From: Clostridia bacterium
GTDB taxonomy: Bacteria > Bacillota > Clostridia > TANB77 > CAG-508
DNA: 64,000 bases
Assembly: GCA_017613275.1 (NCBI GenBank)
Contig: JAGAED010000002.1
Coordinates: 10,661 to 74,660, forward strand
Direction of reading: 5' to 3'
Part shown: piece by piece, positions 18,841 to 28,787 of the stretch
How positions within the stretch are numbered: position 1 is the first letter of the stretch
Layout: every line of letters begins with the position of its first letter
Notes under the pieces: model-generated
What the model saw: only the letters and a program-made list of their open reading frames with translations
Databases searched by the model: none
Told to the model about the DNA's origin: nothing
Translations under genes and position numbers: made by a program

Positions 18841-20199
18841 ATGGCATTTGAAGGTTTATCATCAAGATTACAAGAAATCACAAGAAAAATGAGAGGAAAA
18901 GCAAGAATAACAGAAGGCGATTTAAAAGAAATGCTAAGAGAAGTAAAACTTGCTTTGCTAGAAGCAGATGTAAACTACAAAATTGTTAAAGAATTTATCG
19001 CAACCATTCAGGAAAAAGCACTTGGGCAAGATGTTATGAAATCTTTAACACCTGGTCAACAAGTTGTAAAAATAGTAAAAGATGAATTAGTGAATTTACT
19101 TGGTGAAAAAGAAGCAAAGGTTAATTTTACTCCAAACCCACCTACAATAGTAATGCTTGTGGGATTACAAGGTTCAGGTAAAACAACCACAGCAGGTAAA
19201 TTGGCAAATTTATTTAGAAAACAAGGAAAAAAACCACTATTAGTTGCATGCGATGTGTACAGACCAGCAGCTATAAAACAACTTCAAGTAGTTGGAGCAC
19301 AGCTAAATATACCAGTATATAGCAATGAGTCAACAAAAGATGTTGTTGCAATAAGCAAACAAGCAATAAATGTTGCTTATTCAAAACTAAATGATGTAAT
19401 AATACTAGATACAGCAGGACGTCTACATATAGACGAAGCTTTGATGGACGAACTTAAAAATGTAAAAAATGGAGTTCACCCACATGAAATATTACTTGTA
19501 GTAGATAGTATGACAGGTCAAGATGCAGTAAACGTATCAGAAAAATTCAATGATGCTCTAGGAATAGATGGAGTTATCTTAACAAAATTAGATGGTGATA
19601 CACGTGGTGGTGCTGCACTTTCAGTTAAGAAAGTTACAGGAAAACCAATAAAATTTGCTGCAACAGGTGAAAAATTAAGCGATATAGAAGTATTTCATCC
19701 AGAAAGAATGGCACAAAGAATTCTTGGCATGGGAGACATCTTATCAATAATCGAAAAAGCAGAAGAAAGTTTTGATTTAGAACAAGCTGAAAAATTAGAA
19801 AAACAATTAAAGAAAAAAGAATTGGACTTAGATGATTATTTAGTACAACTAAGGCAAATGAAAAAAATGGGTTCATTCTCATCAATATTAAAAATGATAC
19901 CAGGAATGAACAAATTTAAAGACTTAAAAGTTGACGATAAAGAATTCACAAAAGTTGAAGCTATAATCTGTTCAATGACTAAAAAAGAGAAACAAAATAC
20001 AAAACTTTTAAATGCAAGTAGAAGACAAAGAATCGCAAAAGGTAGTGGAACAAGCGTGCAAGAAATAAATAAATTCATAAAATCATTTGAAATGACACAA
20101 AAAATGATGAAACAAGTTCAAGGAAATAAAGGTGGACTTAGAAAAATGATGAAAGGTATGAATTTAGACGAAAACGCACTTAAAAATTTTAAGATGTAA
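18841..20199 (+). CDS. ffh: Signal recognition particle protein Ffh (SRP54)
   Basis: GTPase motifs GLQGSGKTTT, DTAGR, TKLDGD and a Met-rich M domain. Confidence 0.97.
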   Translation: MAFEGLSSRLQEITRKMRGKARITEGDLKEMLREVKLALLEADVNYKIVKEFIATIQEKALGQDVMKSLTPGQQVVKIVKDELVNLLGEKEAKVNFTPNPPTIVMLVGLQGSGKTTTAGKLANLFRKQGKKPLLVACDVYRPAAIKQLQVVGAQLNIPVYSNESTKDVVAISKQAINVAYSKLNDVIILDTAGRLHIDEALMDELKNVKNGVHPHEILLVVDSMTGQDAVNVSEKFNDALGIDGVILTKLDGDTRGGAALSVKKVTGKPIKFAATGEKLSDIEVFHPERMAQRILGMGDILSIIEKAEESFDLEQAEKLEKQLKKKELDLDDYLVQLRQMKKMGSFSSILKMIPGMNKFKDLKVDDKEFTKVEAIICSMTKKEKQNTKLLNASRRQRIAKGSGTSVQEINKFIKSFEMTQKMMKQVQGNKGGLRKMMKGMNLDENALKNFKM

Positions 20200-20288
20200 T
20201 TAAATGTTTTTAACTTTTTAGGTTTAGAAAATAATTTTCTAATCTTAAAGATTTATATAAATAATTATTATTCGGAGGTGAATTTAAA

Positions 20289-20519
20289 ATGGTAAAAATT
20301 AGATTACAAAGACAAGGAAAGAAAAAAGCTCCATTCTATCACATAGTAGTAGCTGATTCTAAAGCTCCAAGAGATGGTAAAATAATCGAACAACTTGGAA
20401 CTTATGATCCAATGACAGAACCTGCTACAATCAAATTAGACAAAGAAAAAGTTGAAAAATGGATAAAAAATGGTGCTAAACCAACAGATACTGTTAAATT
20501 TTTAATTGAAAAAGCATAA
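20289..20519 (+). CDS. rpsP: 30S ribosomal protein S16
   Basis: [31 protein letters not shown]... Confidence 0.96.
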   Translation: MVKIRLQRQGKKKAPFYHIVVADSKAPRDGKIIEQLGTYDPMTEPATIKLDKEKVEKWIKNGAKPTDTVKFLIEKA

Positions 20520-20541
20520 GAAAAGAAAGGAAATGCATAAA

Positions 20542-20772
20542 ATGAAAGACATACTAGAAATAATAATAAAAAACTTAGTAGACAATAAAGAAGCAGTAGA
20601 AATCAACGAAGTAAATGGAGAAAAATCTGTAGTTTATGAAGTTAAAGTTGCAGATGGAGACATGGGAAAAATTATAGGTAAACAAGGAAGACTTGCAAAA
20701 TCTATAAGAACAGTTATAAAGGCTGTAGCAAATAAAGAAAATAAAAGAGTTGCAGTTGAATTTATTGGATAA
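20542..20772 (+). CDS. KH-domain RNA-binding protein (YlqC family)
   Basis: GKIIGKQGRLAKSIRTV KH motif; conserved position between rpsP and rimM. ATG 20542 is chosen because the ORF-track start overlaps rpsP. Confidence 0.85.
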   Translation: MKDILEIIIKNLVDNKEAVEINEVNGEKSVVYEVKVADGDMGKIIGKQGRLAKSIRTVIKAVANKENKRVAVEFIG

Positions 20773-20784
20773 TTGGAGTTAGTT

Positions 20785-21288
20785 ATGCAATATTTAGAAA
20801 TAGGTCAAATTGTTAATACATTTGGTATAAAGGGACAAGTTAAAGTAGTTCCATTTACAAATGATATAGAACGATTTGAAGAATTAAAAAATGTATATAT
20901 TGTTAATAAAAAACTTCGTAAAGAAGTTGAAATTGAAAATGTAAAATACCACAAAAACATGGTATTACTTAAATTTAAAGGTTTAGAAAAAATAGAGGAT
21001 GTAGAAATTTATAAAAACTGTTATTTAGAAATAGACCGTAAAGATGGTAAACCATTAGAAGAAGGTGAATATTACATAGTAGATTTAATTGGTTTAGATG
21101 TTTATACAGATGATGGTAAACATTTAGGAAAAGTAGATGATATCTACAACACAGGAAGTAATGATATATATGTTGTAAAAGATGAACTAGGTAAACAAGT
21201 TCTATTACCTTATATTGATGAGGTAATAAAAGAGATTAACCTAGAAAGTAAAAAGATAACCGTTCATATTATTGAAGGGTTGATGTAA
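20785..21288 (+). CDS. rimM: 16S rRNA processing protein RimM
   Basis: IGQIVNTFGIKGQVKV... plus a PRC-barrel C-terminus. ATG 20785 sits 6 nt after ggag. Confidence 0.9.
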   Translation: MQYLEIGQIVNTFGIKGQVKVVPFTNDIERFEELKNVYIVNKKLRKEVEIENVKYHKNMVLLKFKGLEKIEDVEIYKNCYLEIDRKDGKPLEEGEYYIVDLIGLDVYTDDGKHLGKVDDIYNTGSNDIYVVKDELGKQVLLPYIDEVIKEINLESKKITVHIIEGLM

Positions 21289-21344
21289 GAAAATGAAGTG
21301 CCTAAAGGGCACCGCTCAAAAAGAAAGAAGGAGGAAATTCTAAA

Positions 21345-21890
21345 ATGGATATTATAAAATCTATTGAACACGAACAATTAAAATCTAAAATACCAGAATT
21401 AAGAGTTGGTAATACAGTTAAAGTTCACGTAAGAATAAAAGAAGGAAATAAAGAAAGAATCCAAGTATTTGAAGGAATAATAATTAAAAAACAAGGTGGA
21501 GGATTAAACGCTACATTCACAGTAAGAAAAATTTCTTATGGTGTAGGTGTTGAAAAAACATTCTTAGTTCACTCACCATTAGTTGAAAAAGTTGAATTAG
21601 TAAGAGTAGGAAAAGCAAGAAGAGCAAAACTTTACTACTTAAGAGACAGAGTTGGTAAATCTGCAAAAACTAAAGAACAAATTGGTGCTAGAATTGAAAA
21701 CAGAGAAATAACAGTTAAAGAAGAATTAGTAGAAGAACCAGTTGCTGAAGAAGTAGTTGAAGCTCCAGTAGCAGAAGAAGTTGCTACAGAAGTTGTTGAA
21801 ACTCCAGCTGTAGAAGAAAAAGTTGAAGAAGTTAAAGAAGAAGCACCTGTTGCTGAAGAAAAAACAGAAGAAACAGAAAGTGCTGAATAA
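21345..21890 (+). CDS. rplS: 50S ribosomal protein L19 with about 65-aa acidic repeat C-terminal extension
   Basis: Canonical L19 core ([37 protein letters not shown]...[14 protein letters not shown]) followed by PVAEE-type repeats. 181 aa, against about 115 aa in B. subtilis and E. coli from memory. Confidence 0.93.
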   Translation: MDIIKSIEHEQLKSKIPELRVGNTVKVHVRIKEGNKERIQVFEGIIIKKQGGGLNATFTVRKISYGVGVEKTFLVHSPLVEKVELVRVGKARRAKLYYLRDRVGKSAKTKEQIGARIENREITVKEELVEEPVAEEVVEAPVAEEVATEVVETPAVEEKVEEVKEEAPVAEEKTEETESAE

Positions 21891-21901
21891 TATTAAAACT
21901 A

Positions 21902-21930
21902 AAAAATCTCAATTTATATTGAGATTTTTT
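21902..21930 (+). terminator. Intrinsic terminator after rplS, separating it from trmD
   Basis: aaaaatctcaat / attgagattttt, 4-nt loop, T-run. Confidence 0.85.
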
Positions 21931-21972
21931 GATTTTTACGATATAATTAGTGCAAAAGAAAGGACGAATTAT

Positions 21973-22635
21973 ATGAAATTTGATGTATTAACCCTATTTC
22001 CTGAAATGTTTAAACCATTAGAAGAAAGCATAATTGGTAGAGCAAAGGAAAATAAACAAATAGAAATTAATTTAATAAACATAAGAGATTTTTCAAAGGA
22101 TAAACATAAACATGTAGATGATACACCTTATGGTGGCGGTGCAGGAATGGTTATGAAACCAGACGTAGTATATGACGCTTTTAAATCAGTTAATAAGCCA
22201 AATGCTAAAGTGATATATTTAACACCACAAGGTAAAACATTAAATCAACAAAAAGTGGAAGAATTATCAAAAGAAGAACATTTAATTTTGTTATGTGGTC
22301 ATTACGAAGGAATAGACCAAAGAGCAATAGATGTGATTCAGCCAGAAGAAATATCAGTTGGAGATTATGTTTTGACTGGTGGGGAGCTTCCAGCAATGAT
22401 TTTAATAGATGCAGTAAGTAGATATGTTGATGGCGTGCTAAATAAAGAATCAATTCAAGAAGAATCATTTTCTAATGGATTGTTAGAATATCCACAATAT
22501 ACAAGACCAGAGACATTTGAGGGTTTAAAAGTTCCAGAAGTGCTTCTTTCTGGAAATCATCAAAATATAGAAAAATGGCGTAAGGAACAATCATTAATAA
22601 TTACTCAAAGAAAAAGGGAAGATTTATTAAAATAG
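21973..22635 (+). CDS. trmD: tRNA (guanine37-N1)-methyltransferase TrmD
   Basis: [13 protein letters not shown]..., [10 protein letters not shown] and [12 protein letters not shown] motifs. The upstream part of the ORF-track ORF overlaps rplS in another frame and is rejected. Confidence 0.95.
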   Translation: MKFDVLTLFPEMFKPLEESIIGRAKENKQIEINLINIRDFSKDKHKHVDDTPYGGGAGMVMKPDVVYDAFKSVNKPNAKVIYLTPQGKTLNQQKVEELSKEEHLILLCGHYEGIDQRAIDVIQPEEISVGDYVLTGGELPAMILIDAVSRYVDGVLNKESIQEESFSNGLLEYPQYTRPETFEGLKVPEVLLSGNHQNIEKWRKEQSLIITQRKREDLLK

Positions 22636-22720
22636 TGCATATTTTGCTGAAATTTACTTGTTTTTTTAGAGTATACATTGTATAATAGAAAGCAAATTGT
22701 GTTTAAAGGAGAAGATAAAC

Positions 22721-23008
22721 ATGCAAGTTAGTAAAGAAGAAATTTTACATATTGCAAATTTAGCAATGCTAGATTTAAATGAAAATGAAATAGAGAAATA
22801 TAGAGAAAATTTAAATGACATTTTGGATTTTTCAGAAACAATAAAAAATGCTCATACTGAAGATTTAGATGTTACAATAGGGGCAAACGAAGCTAAAAAC
22901 ATATTTAGAAAAGATGAAGTGAAAAAATTTGAGGATACAGAAAGTTTATTGCAAAATGCACCATCACAAGCTCAAAATATGTTTAAAATACCAAAAGTAA
23001 TACAGTAA
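22721..23008 (+). CDS. gatC: Asp/Glu-tRNA amidotransferase subunit C
   Basis: MQVSKEEILHIANLAMLDLNENEIEKY...; about 95 aa; aaggag RBS; precedes gatA and gatB. Confidence 0.9.
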   Translation: MQVSKEEILHIANLAMLDLNENEIEKYRENLNDILDFSETIKNAHTEDLDVTIGANEAKNIFRKDEVKKFEDTESLLQNAPSQAQNMFKIPKVIQ

Positions 23009-23028
23009 TTTTTAATTAATTTATATTT

Positions 23029-23062
23029 ATGTAATATGTAAAATTTTTTACATATTACATTG
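23029..23062. repeat. Perfect 15-bp-arm palindrome between gatC and gatA
   Basis: atgtaatatgtaaaa-tttt-ttttacatattacat (four loop nt at 23044-23047, no T-tail follows). Shares the core aatatgtaaaa / ttttacatatt with the arms that enclose the GC-rich insert at 40144-40264. Confidence 0.8.
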
Positions 23063-23089
23063 TAACAATAAATAATAGGAGGAAGATTA

Positions 23090-24571
23090 ATGAATAAAAT
23101 AACAGACTTAACTGTTCATGAATTGATCGAAAAATTAGCCAATAAAGAGCTAACAATAACAGAAATAACACAAGCATATATAGATAGAATAAATGAAAAA
23201 GAAAAAGATGTAAAAGCGTTTATTACACCATTAACAGATGAAGCATTAGAAAAAGCAAAGGAAATACAAGCAAAAGTAGAAGCGGGAGAGCTAAATGGTG
23301 CTTTTGCTGGTATTCCAATAGGAATAAAAGACAACCTATGCACAAAAGGTGTTAAAACAACATGTGCATCTAAAATGTTAGAAAACTTTGTATCACCATA
23401 CAGTGCAACAATTGTGGAAAACATAGAAAAAGAAAACATTATAAACCTTGGAAAATTGAACATGGACGAGTTTGCAATGGGGAGTTCAACAGAAAATTCA
23501 TACTTTGCAAAAACAAGAAATCCATGGAATTTGAATAAAGTACCAGGTGGGTCATCTGGTGGGTCTGCAGCTGCAGTTGCAGCAAATTTAGTTCCTTGGG
23601 CGCTTGGGTCAGATACAGGTGGATCAATTCGTCAACCTGCAAGCTTATGCGGAGTTGTAGGGCTAAAACCAACTTATGGATTAGTTTCAAGATTTGGATT
23701 AGTAGCATTTGCTTCATCATTAGACCAAATAGGTCCAATTACAAAAGACGTAAAAGATGCAGCAATGTTATTAAATTTAATTGCAGGACATGATGAAAAA
23801 GATACAACATCAGTAGATGTTGAGAAAAAAGATTATGTACAAGCATTAAAAAATGATGTAAAAGGTTTAAAAATAGCTGTTCCAAAAGAATTCTTTGGAG
23901 AAGGAATAAATGAAGAAGTAAAAGCTTCATTAGAAAAGGCAATAGAAAAATACAAAGAATTAGGTGCAGAAGTTGAAGAAGTTTCATTAGATATTGCAAA
24001 ATATGCCTTAGCAACATATTACATAATAGCATGTGCAGAAGCAAGCTCAAACTTAGGTAGATTTGATGGAATTCGTTACGGATATAGGGCTCCTGAGGCT
24101 AAAGACTTAAAAGAAATATTTAAAAAATCAAGAAGTGAAGGATTTGGACCAGAAGTAAAGAGAAGAATTATTTTGGGCACTTATGTACTATCTTCTGGAT
24201 ATTATGATGCATATTATAAAAAAGCTCAACAAGCTCGTACACTTGTAATGAAGGAATTTAATAAAGTATTTGAAAATTATGATGTTATATTAACACCAAC
24301 ATCACCAGTAACAGCATTTGATATTGGTTCAAAATCAGAAAACCCATTAGAAATGTACTTGGCAGATATATGCACTGTTTCCGTAAATATTGCAGGTCTT
24401 CCAGGAATATCAATTCCATGCGGAGTGGATAGCGAAGGGTTACCAATTGGAATGCAATTAATCGGAAACAAATTCCAAGAAGAAACAATTCTAAATGCTG
24501 CATATACATATGAACAAGCAACAAATTTCAGAAATACATATAAACCAGAATTTAAAGGAGGTGCTAACTAA
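23090..24571 (+). CDS. gatA: Glutamyl-tRNA(Gln) amidotransferase subunit A
   Basis: Amidase signature [13 protein letters not shown]...[13 protein letters not shown]; 493 aa. Confidence 0.96.
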   Translation: MNKITDLTVHELIEKLANKELTITEITQAYIDRINEKEKDVKAFITPLTDEALEKAKEIQAKVEAGELNGAFAGIPIGIKDNLCTKGVKTTCASKMLENFVSPYSATIVENIEKENIINLGKLNMDEFAMGSSTENSYFAKTRNPWNLNKVPGGSSGGSAAAVAANLVPWALGSDTGGSIRQPASLCGVVGLKPTYGLVSRFGLVAFASSLDQIGPITKDVKDAAMLLNLIAGHDEKDTTSVDVEKKDYVQALKNDVKGLKIAVPKEFFGEGINEEVKASLEKAIEKYKELGAEVEEVSLDIAKYALATYYIIACAEASSNLGRFDGIRYGYRAPEAKDLKEIFKKSRSEGFGPEVKRRIILGTYVLSSGYYDAYYKKAQQARTLVMKEFNKVFENYDVILTPTSPVTAFDIGSKSENPLEMYLADICTVSVNIAGLPGISIPCGVDSEGLPIGMQLIGNKFQEETILNAAYTYEQATNFRNTYKPEFKGGAN

Positions 24572-26007
24572 TGTCAAGAGAAGACTATGAACTAGTAGTA
24601 GGAGTAGAAGTCCATGCAGAATTAAGTACAAAAACAAAAATATTCTGCTCATGTCCAACAACATTTGGTGCAGCGCCTAATACACAAACATGCCCAATCT
24701 GTATGGCAATGCCAGGAACATTACCAGTATTAAACGAAAAAGTTGTAGAATATGCTGTAAAAGCAGGTTTAGCAACAAATTGTACAATATCACAAGATAG
24801 TAAAAATGATAGAAAAAATTATTTCTATCCAGACTTACCAAAAGCATATCAAATTTCTCAATATGACAAACCACTTTGCAAAGAAGGGTATGTGGAAATT
24901 GATACTAAAGAAGGTAAGAAAAAGATTGGAATTGAAAGAATTCATATAGAAGAAGATACAGGAAAACTAAATCATGATGATTTTAGTGGTGGTTCATTGT
25001 TAGATTTAAATAGAGCTGGAGTTCCACTAATAGAAACAGTTTCAAAACCAGATATGAGAAGTATAGAAGAAGTTGATAGTTATCTAAGAAAATTAAAATC
25101 AATTTTTGAATATATCGAAGTATCAGACTGTAAAATGCAAGAAGCATCATTTAGAGCAGATGTCAACGTTTCTGTACATAAACCAGGAGAACCATTTGGA
25201 ACTCGTACAGAAATGAAAGGAATGGACTCTTTTAGAAGTATTGCAAGAGCTATTGAATATGAAAAAAATAGACAAATAGATGTAATAGAAGAAGGCGGTA
25301 CAGTATATCAAGAAACATTAAGATGGGATGATGTATCTGGAAAAACTTTCCCGATGAGAGATAAGGAAGATGCTGAAGATTATAGATATTTCCCAGAACC
25401 AGATCTTGTTGCAATTAAACTTTCAGAAGAATATATAGAAAATATCAAAAATAATTTACCAGAGCTTCCTGAAAGCAGAAAACAAAGATATTTAGAAGAA
25501 TATAAATTATCTGAAAAAGATGCAAATATTATAACATCTTCAAAATACTTATCAGAATTATTTGAAGGTTCAATAAAAGTTTGCAACAATCCAAAAGCAG
25601 TAAATAACTGGATAATATCAGATATTTCAAGAATTCTAAACGAAACAGAAATGGATCCAATAGAAATACCATTTGATTGCAACCAACTTGGAAAATTAGT
25701 AATTTTAATAGACAAAGGAACAATAAGTTCAAGCATTGGTAAAAAAGTTTTGGAAGAATTATTTGAAAATCCAAGAGATCCAGAAGAAATAATCAAAGAA
25801 AAAGGTTGGATTCAAATTTCAGATGAAGGTGCAATAAAAGAAGTTGTAACAAAAATTTTAGAGGCAAATCCACAATCAATTGCAGACTTCAAAGCCGGAA
25901 AAGATAGAGCATTAGGATTTTTAGTTGGACAAGCAATGAAAGAAACAAAAGGAAAAGCAAATCCTCAAATGCTTAATAAAATGTTTTTAGAAGAATTAAA
26001 TAAATAA
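24571..26007 (+). CDS. gatB: Asp/Glu-tRNA amidotransferase subunit B
   Basis: VVGVEVHAELSTKTKIFCSC..., NRAGVPLIE and a C-terminal YqeY-like tail. Start overlaps the gatA stop (taatg). Confidence 0.96.
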   Translation: MSREDYELVVGVEVHAELSTKTKIFCSCPTTFGAAPNTQTCPICMAMPGTLPVLNEKVVEYAVKAGLATNCTISQDSKNDRKNYFYPDLPKAYQISQYDKPLCKEGYVEIDTKEGKKKIGIERIHIEEDTGKLNHDDFSGGSLLDLNRAGVPLIETVSKPDMRSIEEVDSYLRKLKSIFEYIEVSDCKMQEASFRADVNVSVHKPGEPFGTRTEMKGMDSFRSIARAIEYEKNRQIDVIEEGGTVYQETLRWDDVSGKTFPMRDKEDAEDYRYFPEPDLVAIKLSEEYIENIKNNLPELPESRKQRYLEEYKLSEKDANIITSSKYLSELFEGSIKVCNNPKAVNNWIISDISRILNETEMDPIEIPFDCNQLGKLVILIDKGTISSSIGKKVLEELFENPRDPEEIIKEKGWIQISDEGAIKEVVTKILEANPQSIADFKAGKDRALGFLVGQAMKETKGKANPQMLNKMFLEELNK

Positions 26008-26094
26008 TTTCAACTAAAATATAGACATATTAAAATAAATGTGTTAATATATTAAAGTGTTATAAATAATTTGATTATTATAACACTTAAATAT

Positions 26095-26181
26095 GCCGGT
26101 GTGCTGGAATTGGTAGACGGGGCAGACTCAAAATCTGTTGTCAGCAATGGCGTGTGGGTTCGAGTCCCACCACCGGCACCA
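26095..26181 (+). tRNA. tRNA-Leu (anticodon CAA), long variable arm, CCA encoded
   Basis: Acceptor gccggtg/caccggc, anticodon arm gcaga-ctcaaaa-tctgt, long variable arm gtcagcaatggcgt, T arm gtggg-ttcgagt-cccac. Confidence 0.9.
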
Positions 26182-26263
26182 GAATTATGTGTTGCAATTT
26201 TGAAAAAAATGTGGTACAATAATGAAGTAAAATTTTGGAAAATAATCTTAGGAGGAATAAAAA

Positions 26264-26515
26264 ATGGAAACAATTAGAACAATATTAACTGTAATATATT
26301 TTATAGTTGCATTTATGGTAACATTATTAGCATTTTTGCAATCAAAAGAAGATGAAGGATTATCTTCAACATTAACAGGCTCATCAACAGGAAATTTTTA
26401 TGAAAAAAATAAAACAAGAACAAAAACTGGAAAATTAAAAAAATGGACAATTATTTTATCTGTTTTCTTTGCAGTTTTAACAATCGTTCTTGGAATTTTA
26501 TACATGGCTAAATAG
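26264..26515 (+). CDS. secG: Preprotein translocase subunit SecG
   Basis: 83 aa, two TM helices separated by a G/S/T-rich loop (SSTLTGSSTGNFY). Position before rnr is typical. Confidence 0.85.
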   Translation: METIRTILTVIYFIVAFMVTLLAFLQSKEDEGLSSTLTGSSTGNFYEKNKTRTKTGKLKKWTIILSVFFAVLTIVLGILYMAK

Positions 26516-26524
26516 TGATAGTAG

Positions 26525-26549
26525 AAGAGCTTTATAAAAGCTCTTTTTT
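26525..26549 (+). terminator. Intrinsic terminator after secG
   Basis: aagagcttt / aaagctctt, 3-nt loop, T-run. Confidence 0.75.
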
Positions 26550-26611
26550 GCTTATTTGAAAAATAATTGGCAAATTTATGTGAAAAGAGAGAAAAAAAGG
26601 GGAGTGAGAAA

Positions 26612-28390
26612 ATGAATGAGAATATTGAATATAAAGAAACTTATGTAGGTCTTTTTCAAAACAATAAAAGCTTTGGATTTGTTGTTCCTGACGAAAAAAA
26701 GGGAATAGGAGACATTTTTATTTCAAAAAAGAACTTTGGAAAAGCAAGAAACAACCATAAAGTAGTAGTCAAAATATTAAAATATCCAGAAGATGGAAAA
26801 AAGGCAGAAGGAAAGGTAATAGAAGTAATTGGTGGAGTAAACGAAGCAGGAGTTGATATGCTATCACTAATTAAAGAATACAATTTGCCTGCAGAATTTC
26901 CAAAACCAGTAGTTTTAGAAGCTAAAAGTAAACCACAAAAAGTAAATGAAAAAGATTTAAGATATAGAAAAGATTTAAGAAAAGACATTGTATTCACAGT
27001 GGATGGTGAGGATGCAAAAGACTTAGATGATGCAGTATGTGTAAAGAAAAAAGAGAATGGAAACTATATTTTGGATGTTCACATAGCAGATGTAAGCCAT
27101 TATGTGAGCGAAAACAGTCTTCTAGATAAAGAAGCCTTGATTCGTGGTACAAGCATATATATGCTAGGAAGAGTAATTCCGATGCTTCCAAGAGAATTGT
27201 CAAATGGAATATGCAGTTTAAATCAAGGACAAGATAGGCTAACACTTTCTTGTACAATGGAAATAGATCCAAATGGAAAAGTTGTAGATAGCGATATTTA
27301 CAAAGGTGTAATAAATGTAACAAGAAGAATGAGTTATCATGATGTTCAAAAAATATTAGACAATTCAGATAAAGAAGTTGTAGAAAAATATAAAGATTAT
27401 ATTGATGATTTTAAACTAATGGAAGAACTTGCTCTAATCTTAAAAGAAAGAAGAAAAGAACAAGGTTACCTAAATTTAGACATTCCAGAAAGCAATATAG
27501 AATTAGACGTTAATGGTAGAGTTACAAACATTTCAAAATATGAAACATCATTTGCAAATGAAATAATAGAACAATTCATGTTGATTGCAAACGAAACAGT
27601 TGCAGAAAGATTTTATTGGTTGCAAGCACCATTTATATACAGAGTGCATGAAGAACCAGAATTAGACAAGGTAAAGGACCTAAATAAATTTTTATATAAT
27701 TTTGGAATGAAAATAAAAATTTCAGATGGTAAAGTATATCCGAAAGAATTTGCAAAGGCATTGGAAAAAGTAAAAGGAACAGAGGAAGAAGTTGTTGTTT
27801 CAAACTTAATACTAAGAACATTAAAAGTTGCAAGATATGAATCACAAAACAAAGGACATTTTGGAATAGCAAGTAAATACTATTGTCATTTTACATCTCC
27901 AATAAGAAGATATCCAGATTTATTCATTCATAGAATAATTACAAAATACTTAAAATCAAATTATGCTGTAAAACAAGGCTATGTAGAAGAAAATAGAGAA
28001 AAAGCAGAACATTGCGCTAACCAGTCTTCAGAAAGAGAAAAAATTGCTACAAAAGTAGAAAGAGCAAGCGAAGACTTGAAAATGGCAGAATTCATGGAAA
28101 AGAAAATCGGCGAAGTATATGAAGGAATTATATCTTCAGTTACAAAATTTGGAATATTTGTGCAATTAGAAAATACTGTAGAAGGCTTAGTTAGATTTGA
28201 ACACATGGGACATGAATATTTTATATATGATGAAGAAAGAAAAATGTTAATAGGTGAAAGAACAAATAAGGTATTCAAAATTGGCGACAAGGTTACTGTA
28301 CGAGTAATTTCAGCAAGTAAACTATTGAGACAAGTGGATTTTGAGATTTATGAAGAAAATGAAGATGAAGAAATAGAAAATGATAAATAA
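26612..28390 (+). CDS. rnr: Ribonuclease R / RNase II family 3'-5' exoribonuclease
   Basis: RNB domain motifs (DGEDAKDLDDAV, HFGIASKYYCHFTSPIRRYPDL) and a C-terminal S1 domain (GEVYEGIISSVTKFGIFVQL). ATG 26612 lies behind aggggag. Confidence 0.93.
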   Translation: MNENIEYKETYVGLFQNNKSFGFVVPDEKKGIGDIFISKKNFGKARNNHKVVVKILKYPEDGKKAEGKVIEVIGGVNEAGVDMLSLIKEYNLPAEFPKPVVLEAKSKPQKVNEKDLRYRKDLRKDIVFTVDGEDAKDLDDAVCVKKKENGNYILDVHIADVSHYVSENSLLDKEALIRGTSIYMLGRVIPMLPRELSNGICSLNQGQDRLTLSCTMEIDPNGKVVDSDIYKGVINVTRRMSYHDVQKILDNSDKEVVEKYKDYIDDFKLMEELALILKERRKEQGYLNLDIPESNIELDVNGRVTNISKYETSFANEIIEQFMLIANETVAERFYWLQAPFIYRVHEEPELDKVKDLNKFLYNFGMKIKISDGKVYPKEFAKALEKVKGTEEEVVVSNLILRTLKVARYESQNKGHFGIASKYYCHFTSPIRRYPDLFIHRIITKYLKSNYAVKQGYVEENREKAEHCANQSSEREKIATKVERASEDLKMAEFMEKKIGEVYEGIISSVTKFGIFVQLENTVEGLVRFEHMGHEYFIYDEERKMLIGERTNKVFKIGDKVTVRVISASKLLRQVDFEIYEENEDEEIENDK

Positions 28391-28419
28391 AATTCGAAAG
28401 CTTAGCTTTCGAATTTTAT
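28391..28419. terminator. Bidirectional terminator between rnr and spoVM
   Basis: aattcgaaagc / gctttcgaatt, 3-nt loop, T-rich on both outer sides. Confidence 0.8.
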
Positions 28420-28422
28420 TTA

Positions 28423-28500
28423 TCATTTTTCTTTTATTCCAAAAATAAGCTTCACAAAACCCCTTAAAAATCTAGGAACTTTTTTTACAACAACTTGCAT
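28423..28500 (-). CDS. spoVM: Stage V sporulation protein M (25-aa amphipathic peptide), below the ORF-track length cut-off
   Basis: aaggagg 8 nt upstream. Peptide MQVVVKKVPRFLRGFVKLIFGIKEK aligns with B. subtilis SpoVM MKFYTIKLPKFLGGIVRAMLGSFRKD (recalled from memory). It lies 471 nt from rpmB, separated by two small ORFs; I recall the two genes being close in B. subtilis. Confidence 0.75.
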   Translation of the reverse strand: MQVVVKKVPRFLRGFVKLIFGIKEK

Positions 28501-28516
28501 ATGTATCTCCTCCTTT

Positions 28517-28669
28517 TTAACAAGCTAACCAAATTAACCCCACAATTATTATGGTTGCACCAATTAAAAATAGCCAACCAGTTAATGGAAGTAGCAATAC
28601 TAATAAAATGCCTAATCCTAAACCAATTAAAACTACGCCAAATGCTTTTTTTAACAAAAACTTTATCAT
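28517..28669 (-). CDS. Hypothetical 50-aa two-helix membrane peptide, just upstream of spoVM
   Basis: aaggag 5 nt upstream of the ATG. MIKFLLKKAFGVVLIGLGLGILLVLLLPLTGWLFLIGATIIIVGLIWLAC. Its stop lies 16 nt before the spoVM ATG. Confidence 0.55.
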   Translation of the reverse strand: MIKFLLKKAFGVVLIGLGLGILLVLLLPLTGWLFLIGATIIIVGLIWLAC

Positions 28670-28787
28670 AATTTCTCCTTCCATTTTGTATATTATATTA
28701 TGTGAGCGCTTTATTTGTTACCTTTATGTAAATTTTTGTGAAAATGAATAAAAAATGAAATTCAGAAGACACTAATTGTAAGAGGTG

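Noticed and set aside
26052-26277. Two ORFs (26052..26273 minus, 26071..26277 plus) over the tRNA-Leu locus
   Set aside because: Both run straight through a well-formed tRNA-Leu(CAA) gene and lack translation signals.
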